In this document: positions 18,293 through 26,737 of the stretch, piece after piece
Layout: the number at the start of each line of letters is the position of its first letter
Numbering within the stretch: position 1 is the stretch's first letter
Source of the DNA: an uncultured Bifidobacteriaceae bacterium
GTDB lineage: Bacteria > Acidobacteriota > Vicinamibacteria > Vicinamibacterales > UBA2999
Length of the DNA: 64,000 nt
Assembly: GCA_964505975.1 (NCBI GenBank)
Contig: CAZDLW010000001.1
Span: 25,576-89,575, forward strand
Direction: 5' to 3'
Notes under the pieces: generated by a model
Told to the model about the DNA's origin: nothing
Seen by the model: the letters and a program-made list of their open reading frames with translations, nothing else
The model's database searches: none
Translations under genes and position numbers: made by a program

Positions 18293-20224
18293 GTGGGGGC
18301 TCAAGACGTAGACCGTGAGGCGGATGCCGCACAACTGCGGGTGTTCATCGGCCGGTTGCTGCGCGACCTCCGGGCGCTCGAGCAGATGCTGGGAGATGGA
18401 CTCATCGAGTCGGGTGTGCGCCGGATCGGGGCCGAGCAGGAGTTGTGTCTCGTCGATCGGTCGTGGCGACCGGCCCTGCTGGCCATGGAGATTCTGGCGG
18501 CTTGTGACGACCCCCGATATACGACCGAGCTGGGCCGCTTCAACCTCGAGATCAACCTCGATCCCCTGGACTTCGCTGGAGATTGTCTTGGCCGGATGGA
18601 GCGGGAGCTCGAGACGTTGCTCGCGCACCTGCGGACCGTTGCCAGCCGTCACGGTGCCGAAGTCGTGCTGACCGGCATTCTCCCGACCATTCGCAAATCG
18701 GATCTGGCGCTGGCCAACATGACACCACGGCCGCGGTACATCGCCCTGAGCCGTGCGTTGGACCTGTTGCGCGGTGGGCCCTATGAATTTCAACTGAAAG
18801 GCCCGGACGAGCTCATCGTCAAACATGAGTCGATGATGCTGGAGGCCTGCTGCACGAGCTTCCAGGTGCATTACCAGGTGGATCCGGACCGATTTGCGCT
18901 GCTGTACAACCTTGCCCAGGCCGTGACGGCTCCGCTGCTGGCGGCGGCCACCAACTCCCCGCTCCTGTTCGGCCGGCGGCTGTGGAGGGAAACCCGCATC
19001 CCGCTCTTCCAACAGGCGGTCGATACGCGGAGCGCCAGCCATCACATGCGTGAGCGGTCGCCCAGGGTGAGCTTCGGCCGCCAATGGGTACAGGATTCGG
19101 TGTTGGGGTTGTTCCAGGAGGACCTGGCGCGATTCAGAGTCCTGCTTGGGGCGCCGCTTCACGAGGATTCGGTCTCCCTGCTGAAACGTGGCATCTTGCC
19201 CAGGTTGGAGGCGTTGCGACTGCACAATGGCACGGTGTATCGCTGGAATCGTGCCTGTATCGGGATCGATGGGGACAGGGCGCACCTGAGAATCGAGAAC
19301 CGTGTACTCCCCTCTGGTCCGACCGTACTCGACGAGGTGGCGAACGCGGCGTTCTTTCTCGGCCTGATGAGCGGAGGCCTCGGTGTCTATGGTGACGTCA
19401 CCAGGCGCATGGCCTTTCACGACGCCGAGCACAACTTTCTCGCTGCCGCGCAGGTTGGCCTCGATGCGCAGTTCACGTGGATGGACGCTCGCGTGATTCC
19501 TGCGCGAGAGCTCATTTGCTCGGAGCTCCTGCCCGTGGCCCGTCAAGGACTGCAGGAGGCAGGGATTCTGGCAAGCGATATCGAGCGGTACCTGGGCGTC
19601 GTTTCCGAACGTGTGGCATCCGGGCGTACGGGGTCGCAGTGGCTGTTGCAGTCGCTCGCGGCGATGGAGGGCGAGGACACGAGGGATGCGCTGCTCAGCG
19701 CGCTGACTGCGGCGACGGCCACCAGACAGTGGGAGGGAATGCCGGTGCACGAATGGCCCATGGCGCGACTTGGAGAGGGAAGTAACGCAGCAGGCCGACA
19801 CGACCTGCGAATCGAAGAGTTCATGACGACAGATTTGTGTACCGTCCATCCCGATGAGCCGGTGGAACTGGCGGCCAACCTGATGGACTGGAAACACATC
19901 CGCCACATTCCGGTGGAGAACGAGCAAGACGTGCTGGTCGGCGTCGTCTCCTGCTTCGAGATGTTCCGTTACTTTGCCCGCGATCACGGCGACGCGACTG
20001 AACCGGCGGCCGTCGGTTCCATCATGACCAGGAATCCAAAGACGGTGGTCCCAGAGACCCTGGTGCTCGACGCGGTTGCGCTGATGCGTCGGGAAGGGAT
20101 GGATTGCCTGCTCGTCGTCAAGGAAGATCGCCTGGTGGGTATTGTGACGGAGCGTGACATTCTCAACATCACCACCCGGTTGCTTACGAACGAGGTGCGG
20201 CAATCGCCTCCTGAGGCAGGTTGA
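18293..20224 (+). CDS. Glutamate-cysteine-ligase family-2-like carboxylate-amine ligase fused to a CBS-domain pair
   Basis: The N-terminal segment IGAEQELCLVD is GCS2-like. The C-terminal ~130 aa contain two CBS-like repeats (FMTTDLCTVHPDEPV..., IMTRNPKTVVPETLV...LVGIVTERDIL). Confidence 0.65.
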   Translation: MGAQDVDREADAAQLRVFIGRLLRDLRALEQMLGDGLIESGVRRIGAEQELCLVDRSWRPALLAMEILAACDDPRYTTELGRFNLEINLDPLDFAGDCLGRMERELETLLAHLRTVASRHGAEVVLTGILPTIRKSDLALANMTPRPRYIALSRALDLLRGGPYEFQLKGPDELIVKHESMMLEACCTSFQVHYQVDPDRFALLYNLAQAVTAPLLAAATNSPLLFGRRLWRETRIPLFQQAVDTRSASHHMRERSPRVSFGRQWVQDSVLGLFQEDLARFRVLLGAPLHEDSVSLLKRGILPRLEALRLHNGTVYRWNRACIGIDGDRAHLRIENRVLPSGPTVLDEVANAAFFLGLMSGGLGVYGDVTRRMAFHDAEHNFLAAAQVGLDAQFTWMDARVIPARELICSELLPVARQGLQEAGILASDIERYLGVVSERVASGRTGSQWLLQSLAAMEGEDTRDALLSALTAATATRQWEGMPVHEWPMARLGEGSNAAGRHDLRIEEFMTTDLCTVHPDEPVELAANLMDWKHIRHIPVENEQDVLVGVVSCFEMFRYFARDHGDATEPAAVGSIMTRNPKTVVPETLVLDAVALMRREGMDCLLVVKEDRLVGIVTERDILNITTRLLTNEVRQSPPEAG

Positions 20225-20265
20225 GGCGTTGCTGGTGGCAGAGGAACAGCCAGCCCGCTGGCCCG

Positions 20266-20916
20266 ATGATGAACGGCACGATTCACAGACAACAGGGATT
20301 CGACGCCATGGGCACGCCCATACATGACCGTATCGCCACGCTGGACACGGATCGCCCCATCTGGGAGCGGTTTTTCACGGTAGCGCCGTTGGTGCTGATC
20401 GGGACGCGCGACGGCGACGGGACGTACGACCTCGCACCCAAGCACATGGCGACTCCCCTGGGATGGCAGAACTACTTCGGGTTCGTCTGTACCGCGCGGC
20501 ATCGGACCTATCAGAACATCCAGCGCGAAGGCGCGTTCACGGTGAGCTACCCGAGGCCCACGCAACTGGTCGCGACGAGCCTGGCGGCTGCTCCGCGCTG
20601 TGACAACGACGCCAAGCCCAGCCTGTCGGCTCTCCAGACGTTTCGTGCCAGCCATGTGGACGGTGTGTTCGTTATCGACGCCTATGTGTTCCTCGAGTGC
20701 ACGCTGCACGGCATTGTCGATGGATTTGGCGAGAACAGTCTGATCACCGGGCGAATCGCTGCCGCGCACGTCCACGAGGATGCCTTGCGGGCATCGGACC
20801 GAGATGATCACGATGTCATCCACCAGTCGCCGTTGCTGGCGTACCTCTCGCCCGGTCGGGTGGCGCGTGTGGGACAGAGTTATTCCTTCCCGTTCCCCGT
20901 TGACTTCACACGCTGA
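20266..20916 (+). CDS. Flavin-reductase-like domain protein
   Basis: First ATG within ORF 20221..20916. FFTVAPLVLIGTRDGDGTYDLAPKH resembles FMN-binding split-barrel flavin reductases. The start is uncertain. Confidence 0.55.
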   Translation: MMNGTIHRQQGFDAMGTPIHDRIATLDTDRPIWERFFTVAPLVLIGTRDGDGTYDLAPKHMATPLGWQNYFGFVCTARHRTYQNIQREGAFTVSYPRPTQLVATSLAAAPRCDNDAKPSLSALQTFRASHVDGVFVIDAYVFLECTLHGIVDGFGENSLITGRIAAAHVHEDALRASDRDDHDVIHQSPLLAYLSPGRVARVGQSYSFPFPVDFTR

Positions 20917-21051
20917 ACCAGCCAAGGGGCTCTGCCCCGTGATATCTCCGCAGAGCCCCTCGGCTGGTTGCCAGTATCTCTTTGCCGCTAGGACCGCTAT
21001 GGGGACCGACAAACGAGTACAAAATTCGCGTTCCGGGCCGCATAGCGGTCC
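20916..21051 (+). repeat. Family-2 conserved intergenic element, copy A (possible cis-regulatory leader)
   Basis: Hairpin 20916-20934/20951-20969 (18/19), shared block CGGCTGGTTGCCAGTATCTC (20961-20980), and an 11-bp helix GGACCGCTATG/CATAGCGGTCC (20991-21001/21041-21051) enclosing ACAAACGAGTACAAAATTCGCGTTCC. A second copy lies at 36002-36210. Confidence 0.7.
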
Positions 21052-21061
21052 AACGCTCGCG

Positions 21062-22228
21062 ATGGATGCCGGACCGGCGCACGCTATTCTGGCCAGTCTC
21101 CGCGAACAGCTGCCGGAGATGGTGGCGCTCCTGCAGCGGCTCGCCCTGGCCGAATCGCCATCGATGGTGCCGCAGGCGCAGCAGGCCGTCTTTGCGCCAC
21201 TTGCCGAAGCCCTCGAGCGGATCGACTACTTCGTGCGACACGTCCCGGGTCGCCAGAGCGGCGGCCATCTGTACGCGAGGCCGCGCCGGCACGTGCGCCA
21301 GAGGTCGACACAACTGCTCCTGGGGCATAGCGACACCGTGTGGCCACTGGGAACGTTGAACGAGATGCCGATCGAGATTGATGCCGGCGTGATGAAGGGG
21401 CCCGGTGTGTACGACATGAAAGGCGGGCTCGTGCAGATGATCTTCGCCCTCCGGGCCTTGAATGCCCTCCGTCTGGAGCCCGACGTGACGCCCGTCGTCT
21501 TCATCAACTCCGACGAAGAGATCGGCAGCCGGGAGTCGACACCGTACATCCGCCGGCTGGCACGGTGTGCCAATCGTGCCCTGGTGCTGGAGCCATCCCT
21601 GGGGACGAGCGGCAAGCTCAAGACGGCGCGCAAAGGGGTCGGACGGTTCACCGTCCTGGTTCGAGGCAAAGCGGCCCATGCTGGCCTCGATCCGCAGAGT
21701 GGAGCAAGTGCCATTCTCGAGCTCTCGCACGTCATTCAGAAGCTGTTTGCCCTGAACGATGCGCACAGGGGGACTACCGTGAACGTTGGCGTCATCGATG
21801 GTGGATTGCGCCCCAATGTTGTCGCTCCGGAAAGTCGTGCGACCGTAGACGTTCGAGTCCTCACCATCGAGGATGCCCGGCGCGTGGAGGAAGAGATTCT
21901 GGGCCTCGCACCGGTGACTCCCGGTGTGACGCTGACCGTCGACGGATGCATCGGTCGTCCACCCATGGAACGCACGCCGCGCAACCGCATCCTCTGGGAG
22001 ACGGCCAGAGGCCTGGCTCGAACCCTCGGTCTGGAACTGGACGACGGTGTGGCCGGAGGGGCGTCCGACGGAAACACGACGAGCCTGTTCACGGCCACCC
22101 TGGATGGCCTTGGCGCCGTTGGCGACGGCGCGCATGCCCAGCACGAGTTCGTGTACTGCGAGAGGATGGTGGAGCGAAGTGCGCTGCTGGCACTGCTCAT
22201 CATGGCACCACCGGTGGCGTCTGCGTAG
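21062..22228 (+). CDS. M20-family metallopeptidase
   Basis: ATG 21062 within ORF 20780..22228, because the upstream part overlaps the previous gene and the repeat. Motifs: LLGHSDTVWP, GVYDMKGG, NSDEEIGS. Confidence 0.8.
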   Translation: MDAGPAHAILASLREQLPEMVALLQRLALAESPSMVPQAQQAVFAPLAEALERIDYFVRHVPGRQSGGHLYARPRRHVRQRSTQLLLGHSDTVWPLGTLNEMPIEIDAGVMKGPGVYDMKGGLVQMIFALRALNALRLEPDVTPVVFINSDEEIGSRESTPYIRRLARCANRALVLEPSLGTSGKLKTARKGVGRFTVLVRGKAAHAGLDPQSGASAILELSHVIQKLFALNDAHRGTTVNVGVIDGGLRPNVVAPESRATVDVRVLTIEDARRVEEEILGLAPVTPGVTLTVDGCIGRPPMERTPRNRILWETARGLARTLGLELDDGVAGGASDGNTTSLFTATLDGLGAVGDGAHAQHEFVYCERMVERSALLALLIMAPPVASA

Positions 22229-22276
22229 GGGCATGAGGCGAAATGCAGAATGCAGAGTGCTTCATAGGGAGCAGGA

Positions 22277-23290
22277 ATGAACGTGCGTTACTTTTTCGCG
22301 TCGCTGACCAGGATCTCCAACCTGCCGGATGTGTCGTTCGACGTGGCGCCGTTGCCGCGAGACGCATGGCGCACCGGGGACTACGTCGTTGGTGAAGTGA
22401 GCACTCGTCCGCGGGGGCTGTCGTCGATTGAACTGGCCACCGGTCGGATGATCGAGGTGACCGACGGTGATCTGATCGTCGGTGCCTTCGGTCGGCGGTG
22501 CGCGACCCTCGAGGCCGTGGGCGACTGGCAGGAAATCGGGCCCGAGCTGGAGATGGAGGCGCTCACTTCGGCCGGTTTGTTCGGCAAGGTCACGTCGAAG
22601 TCCGCTTTTCTCCCGGCGTTGATGTCCTTGACCTACACAGGGCACGTGCTCGTCGGCGGCAAGAAGGTCGGCATGCGTGATTTCGTACCGGTGCTGCCAG
22701 AACGGCCATTCACGCTGCCCATGGTTCTCATCGTGGGGACGTCCATGTCGGCCGGCAAGACCAGCGCGGCAAAGGTCATCGTGCGCCTGCTGAAGGAGGC
22801 GGGACTCGAGGTCATTGGCGCGAAGTTGACCGGTGCTGGACGGTACCGGGACATCCTGAGCGTGAAAGACGCGGGGGCCGATTGGGCCTTCGATTTCGTG
22901 GACGTCGGTTTGCCTTCCACCGTGTGCCCCGAAGACGAGTACCGGACGGCCTTGCGCCAACTCCTCACGCGCATGGCAGGTCTGGACGCCGACGTCGTCG
23001 TGGCAGAAGCCGGAGCGTCACCGCTCGAACCGTACAACGGTGCCGTCGCTATTGCCGAGATCGAGAAGAACGTGCGGTGCATGGTGTTGTGCGCCTCGGA
23101 TCCGTATGGCGTCGTCGGCGTCGCCGCGGCGTTCGAGAGGCAGCCGGACGTGGTCGCCGGAGCGGCCGCGAACACGCAGGCGGGTATTCAGCTCGTCGAG
23201 AAGCTGTCCGGCATGACCGCACTGGATCTGCTCGACAAGAAGTCGCTTCCCAGGTTGCAGGCCATCCTGAAAGGCGCGCTCGGATTCTGA
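22277..23290 (+). CDS. Hypothetical P-loop-like protein (BioD/DUF1611-like ATP-binding fold?)
   Basis: RBS GGGAGCAGGA before the ATG. VLIVGTSMSAGKTSAAKVIVRLL resembles a GxxxxGKT/S P-loop. The family is not confidently recognised. Confidence 0.55.
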   Translation: MNVRYFFASLTRISNLPDVSFDVAPLPRDAWRTGDYVVGEVSTRPRGLSSIELATGRMIEVTDGDLIVGAFGRRCATLEAVGDWQEIGPELEMEALTSAGLFGKVTSKSAFLPALMSLTYTGHVLVGGKKVGMRDFVPVLPERPFTLPMVLIVGTSMSAGKTSAAKVIVRLLKEAGLEVIGAKLTGAGRYRDILSVKDAGADWAFDFVDVGLPSTVCPEDEYRTALRQLLTRMAGLDADVVVAEAGASPLEPYNGAVAIAEIEKNVRCMVLCASDPYGVVGVAAAFERQPDVVAGAAANTQAGIQLVEKLSGMTALDLLDKKSLPRLQAILKGALGF

Positions 23291-23363
23291 GAACTGTGGC
23301 CCGGACCGCCTTGCGGACGGAGCAAGGAGTACGAGATTCTCGTCTTGGGACCTCCCTGAAGAC

Positions 23364-24533
23364 ATGCCACCTCTCGACGATCCTGTCATCGTTCTGCTGC
23401 ACGATCTCGTGGCGATTGACTCGGTCAATCCGCTGCTGGTCGCGGGTGCGCACGGAGAAGCACGGATTGCGAAGCGGATTGCCGCGGAGTTGATTGATAT
23501 CGGACTGGAGGTACACGTCTCGGAAGTCGTCCCGGGCAGGCCCAACGTCGTCGGCGTGCTGCACGGCCGCCACGAAGGCCGCTCTTTGATGTACTGCGGG
23601 CACATGGACACGGTTGGTGTTGCGGGCATGTCCCACCCCTTCGAGCCCGAGGTTCGCAGTGGACGGTTGTACGGGCGCGGTGCGCACGACATGAAGGCCG
23701 GCCTGGCCGCGATGATTGGCGCAGCGCGGCAAGTCGTCGAGCGCGGTGGACTCGATCGCGGCAGGCTGATTGTGGCGGCCGTCATCGACGAGGAGTACGC
23801 GAGTGCCGGCGCGGATGCCCTGGTCACCGAGTGGCGCGCCGACGCTGCCGTGGTGACGGAACCGACCGGTCTCGACATCGCTATCGCGCACAAAGGTTTT
23901 CAGTGGGTGGCCATCGAGACTCGCGGACGGGCCGCGCACGGCAGCCGCCCGCTCGAAGGCCGGGATGCGATCCTGCGCATGGGTCGGATTCTGGCACGGC
24001 TGGAGGCCCTTGACGGCCGTCTCCAACGCGGCCCGGCGCATCCACTGCTCGGCACCGCCTCGCTGCATGCGTCGATCATCGAAGGCGGTGCCGAGCTCAG
24101 CAGCTATCCGGCGCATTGTGTCCTGCAGATGGAACGGCGGACGTTGCCGGGAGAAGCGTCAGACGTGGCAGTTCGGGAGGTACGAGAAGTTCTGGATGCC
24201 CTGCGAGAAGAGGACGCGGAGCTTGAAACCGATGCGCGACTGGTCTTCGGCCGGAACCCGTACGAACTGGACGGGTCGAATCCGCTCCCGGACCTGCTCG
24301 GGGCCGCCGCCGCTGAGGTAAGCTGGCATCCCCGCCACGTTGGAATGACGTTCTGGACGGATGCAGCAATCCTTGGCGGTGCCGGGATTCCGTCGCTCGT
24401 GTTCGGCCCGGGCGGTGGCGGCCTTCACACGCCGGACGAATACGTGCTCATCGATGATGTTCGCCGATGCCGGGACGCCCTGGCCGTGTTCGCCGCGACG
24501 TACTGCGGACACTCGGACTCCCGGGATGTCTAG
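23364..24533 (+). CDS. M20-family peptidase (ArgE/DapE-like deacylase)
   Basis: Motifs YCGHMDTVGV, GRGAHDMKAGLAAM, VIDEEYASAG. Confidence 0.8.
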   Translation: MPPLDDPVIVLLHDLVAIDSVNPLLVAGAHGEARIAKRIAAELIDIGLEVHVSEVVPGRPNVVGVLHGRHEGRSLMYCGHMDTVGVAGMSHPFEPEVRSGRLYGRGAHDMKAGLAAMIGAARQVVERGGLDRGRLIVAAVIDEEYASAGADALVTEWRADAAVVTEPTGLDIAIAHKGFQWVAIETRGRAAHGSRPLEGRDAILRMGRILARLEALDGRLQRGPAHPLLGTASLHASIIEGGAELSSYPAHCVLQMERRTLPGEASDVAVREVREVLDALREEDAELETDARLVFGRNPYELDGSNPLPDLLGAAAAEVSWHPRHVGMTFWTDAAILGGAGIPSLVFGPGGGGLHTPDEYVLIDDVRRCRDALAVFAATYCGHSDSRDV

Positions 24534-24592
24534 AGGCTGCGCCTCGGACCCGCAAGCATGTCGGCGGCGGCTCCGTCTCGCCAAGGCTACGG
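24529..24592 (+). repeat. Family-3 ~60-nt hairpin repeat (REP-like), copy 1
   Basis: CTAGAGGCTGCGCCTCGGACCCGCAAGCATGTCGGCGGCGGCTCCGTCTCGCCAAGG. It closely resembles the reverse complement of 49507-49567 and the split copy at 26738-26756 + 26949-26993. Confidence 0.7.
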
Positions 24593-24711
24593 CGGTCCCC
24601 CGAAGCTTTATGCGGAGGGGAAGGTGGCCCCCACGTACGAACGGTGGCTGGACCATGCCGTCGCCGTCCCGTGACGGTCGAATCGATGTCCCATTTCGTG
24701 GACGCCATGTT

Positions 24712-25668
24712 TCAAATGGCGTCGCGACTGCGCGCACGCGAGCGTGCAGAGCTTTCGCTGAGAAGCGCGCGGAGCACGAAGAGGAGATTGGCGGGGCGTT
24801 CCCCGAGACGGCGCATGACGTAGGGGAACCATTGATGGCCGAAGGGGACGTACACGCGGACGCGGTATCCCTGATCGACGAGCGCGGCCTGGAGATCGCG
24901 GCGGACGCCGTAGAGCATCTGGAACTCGTACCGGTCGCTCGGAATGCGCCGCTCGGCGGCGTACGCCTGCGTCTCGCGAATCAAGTCCTCGTCGTGGGTG
25001 GCAATGGCGGGATACGTTCCCGAGTCGAGCAGCAGTCGCATGAGTCGTCCGAAGGCCGCGCCGACCTCGGCGGGGCGCTGATAGGCCACGGAGGCGGGCT
25101 CGTTGTACGCGCCCTTCACGAGCCGCACCCGGGCGCCGAGCTGATTCATGCGCCGCACGTCCTGTTCGGTCCTGTGCAGCGCCGCCTGCAGTGCAATGCC
25201 GATGTTGCGATACTGCTGCTGCCACAGCGTCTCGAACATGTCGAGCGTGACCTGCGTATACGGGGAGTTCTCCATGTCGATGCGGAGGAAGAAGCCGTGC
25301 CGCTGTGCCTGATCGAGGATGCGCCGCAGGTTGTCCACACATGTTGCGCGGTCGATGTCGACGCCGAGCTGCGTGAGCTTCAATGAGATATTGCGTTCGA
25401 CGCCCGAGGCAACGAGTACGTCGATGAGACGCACGTACTCGCGCGTGGCGGCCACGGCTTCCTCCACCGTGCGGACGCTCTCGCCAAGATAATCGAGCGC
25501 AAGCAGCATCCCGCGCGCGTGAATCTCCCTGGCGGCGTGAATGGCCTCCTCTTCCGTCTCTCCCGCGATGAATCGGCGCGCAAAGCTCTGCCGGGAGGCA
25601 GTCCCATAGCGCGACGCAAGACGCCTCAGCAGAGAGCTTCGCGACAGGGCCAGGAACAGAGACTTCAC
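24712..25668 (-). CDS. Proline dehydrogenase (monofunctional)
   Basis: 318 aa. ...LKLTQLGVDI..., RIDMENSPYT and LVKGAYNEP motifs are characteristic of PutA-type proline dehydrogenase domains. Confidence 0.8.
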   Translation of the reverse strand: MKSLFLALSRSSLLRRLASRYGTASRQSFARRFIAGETEEEAIHAAREIHARGMLLALDYLGESVRTVEEAVAATREYVRLIDVLVASGVERNISLKLTQLGVDIDRATCVDNLRRILDQAQRHGFFLRIDMENSPYTQVTLDMFETLWQQQYRNIGIALQAALHRTEQDVRRMNQLGARVRLVKGAYNEPASVAYQRPAEVGAAFGRLMRLLLDSGTYPAIATHDEDLIRETQAYAAERRIPSDRYEFQMLYGVRRDLQAALVDQGYRVRVYVPFGHQWFPYVMRRLGERPANLLFVLRALLSESSARSRARSRDAI

Positions 25669-26711
25669 TCGACGACGTGAGGGGGAGTGTGGACGTGAGC
25701 TCCGGAATGGGACTCCAGCCGCCGGCAGATGGCTTCCGTGAACTCGATGGTGCCGGCGGTACCGCCCAGATCGCGGGTCCGGACCGTGCCGTCGGCCAGC
25801 ACGTCACCGAGTGCCTTCATCACGCGATCCGCGATCTCCGATTCGTCGATATGGCGCAGCATGAGGACGGCGGACAAGAGCAGTGCCGTGGGATTGGCGA
25901 CACTCTTGCCGGCGATGTCGGGGGCACTCCCGTGCACGGCCTCGAACACGCCGATGGTCGTCCCGAGATTGGCGGCCGGGACGACGCCCAGACCACCGAC
26001 CAGACCCGCACACAGGTCGGAGACGATATCGCCGTACAGATTCGGCAGCAACAGGATGTCGAACTGCGTCGGGTTCATGACCAGATGCATGCAGGCCGCA
26101 TCCACGATGCGGTCGTCACAGGCAATGTCGGGATACCGGGCTGCGACCTCGCGTACGCAGCGGAGGAAGAGCCCATCGCCCATCTTCATGATGTTGGCTT
26201 TGTGTATGGCCGTGACCCGCGAGCGCCGATGCTTACGCGCGTATTCGAAGGCGAACGTGGCGATTCTCGTGGAGGCCACCTCGGTGATGACCTTCAGACT
26301 GGTCACGACCCCCGGGACCACTTCGTGCTCGAGCCCGGCGTACAGGTCTTCGGTGTTCTCCCGGACGATCACGATGTCGATGCCGGTGTAGTGGGACGGG
26401 ACGGAGGGGAGGTTCCACACCGGCCGCAGATTGGCGAAGAGGTCGAGGGCCTTGCGCAGCCCGACGTTGACGCTCGTGAACCCGCCTCCGATCGGTGTCG
26501 TGACGGGGCCCTTGAGAGCCACCTTGTTGCGGACGATTGAATCGAGCAGCGCGGCCGGCAGCGCCGCGCCGTGCCGCTCGAGCGCCAGAACGCCGGCGAG
26601 ATGCGACTCCCATTCGACCCGCAGCCCGGCAGTCTCGAGAATCTCGACCACCGCGCCCGTGACTTCCGGACCAATCCCGTCGCCCGGGATGAGTGTGATG
26701 GTGTGCGTCAC
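25665..26711 (-). CDS. Isocitrate/isopropylmalate dehydrogenase family enzyme (NAD-IDH-like)
   Basis: ITLIPGDGIGPEV N-terminus and the NLYGDIVSDL motif. 348 aa. It overlaps the downstream proline dehydrogenase gene by 4 nt. Confidence 0.85.
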   Translation of the reverse strand: MTHTITLIPGDGIGPEVTGAVVEILETAGLRVEWESHLAGVLALERHGAALPAALLDSIVRNKVALKGPVTTPIGGGFTSVNVGLRKALDLFANLRPVWNLPSVPSHYTGIDIVIVRENTEDLYAGLEHEVVPGVVTSLKVITEVASTRIATFAFEYARKHRRSRVTAIHKANIMKMGDGLFLRCVREVAARYPDIACDDRIVDAACMHLVMNPTQFDILLLPNLYGDIVSDLCAGLVGGLGVVPAANLGTTIGVFEAVHGSAPDIAGKSVANPTALLLSAVLMLRHIDESEIADRVMKALGDVLADGTVRTRDLGGTAGTIEFTEAICRRLESHSGAHVHTPPHVVE

Positions 26712-26737
26712 CGTTCAGGCTTCTCACTTGGATGTCC

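Noticed and set aside
18173-20203. 676-aa - strand ORF opposite the GCS2-CBS gene, with similar long antisense ORFs at 16568-18133, 42577-44349, 42735-44426, 25677-26540 and 37289-38248
   Set aside because: The opposite strand in each case encodes a protein with recognisable family motifs. These ORFs are Arg/Pro/Gly-rich and lack any.
20961-20980. CTGGTTGCCAGTATCT in Family-2 considered as a sigma54 (-24/-12) or sigma70 promoter
   Set aside because: The GG-N10-GC spacing does not fit, and no acceptable -10 hexamer lies 16-18 nt after TTGCCA in either copy.
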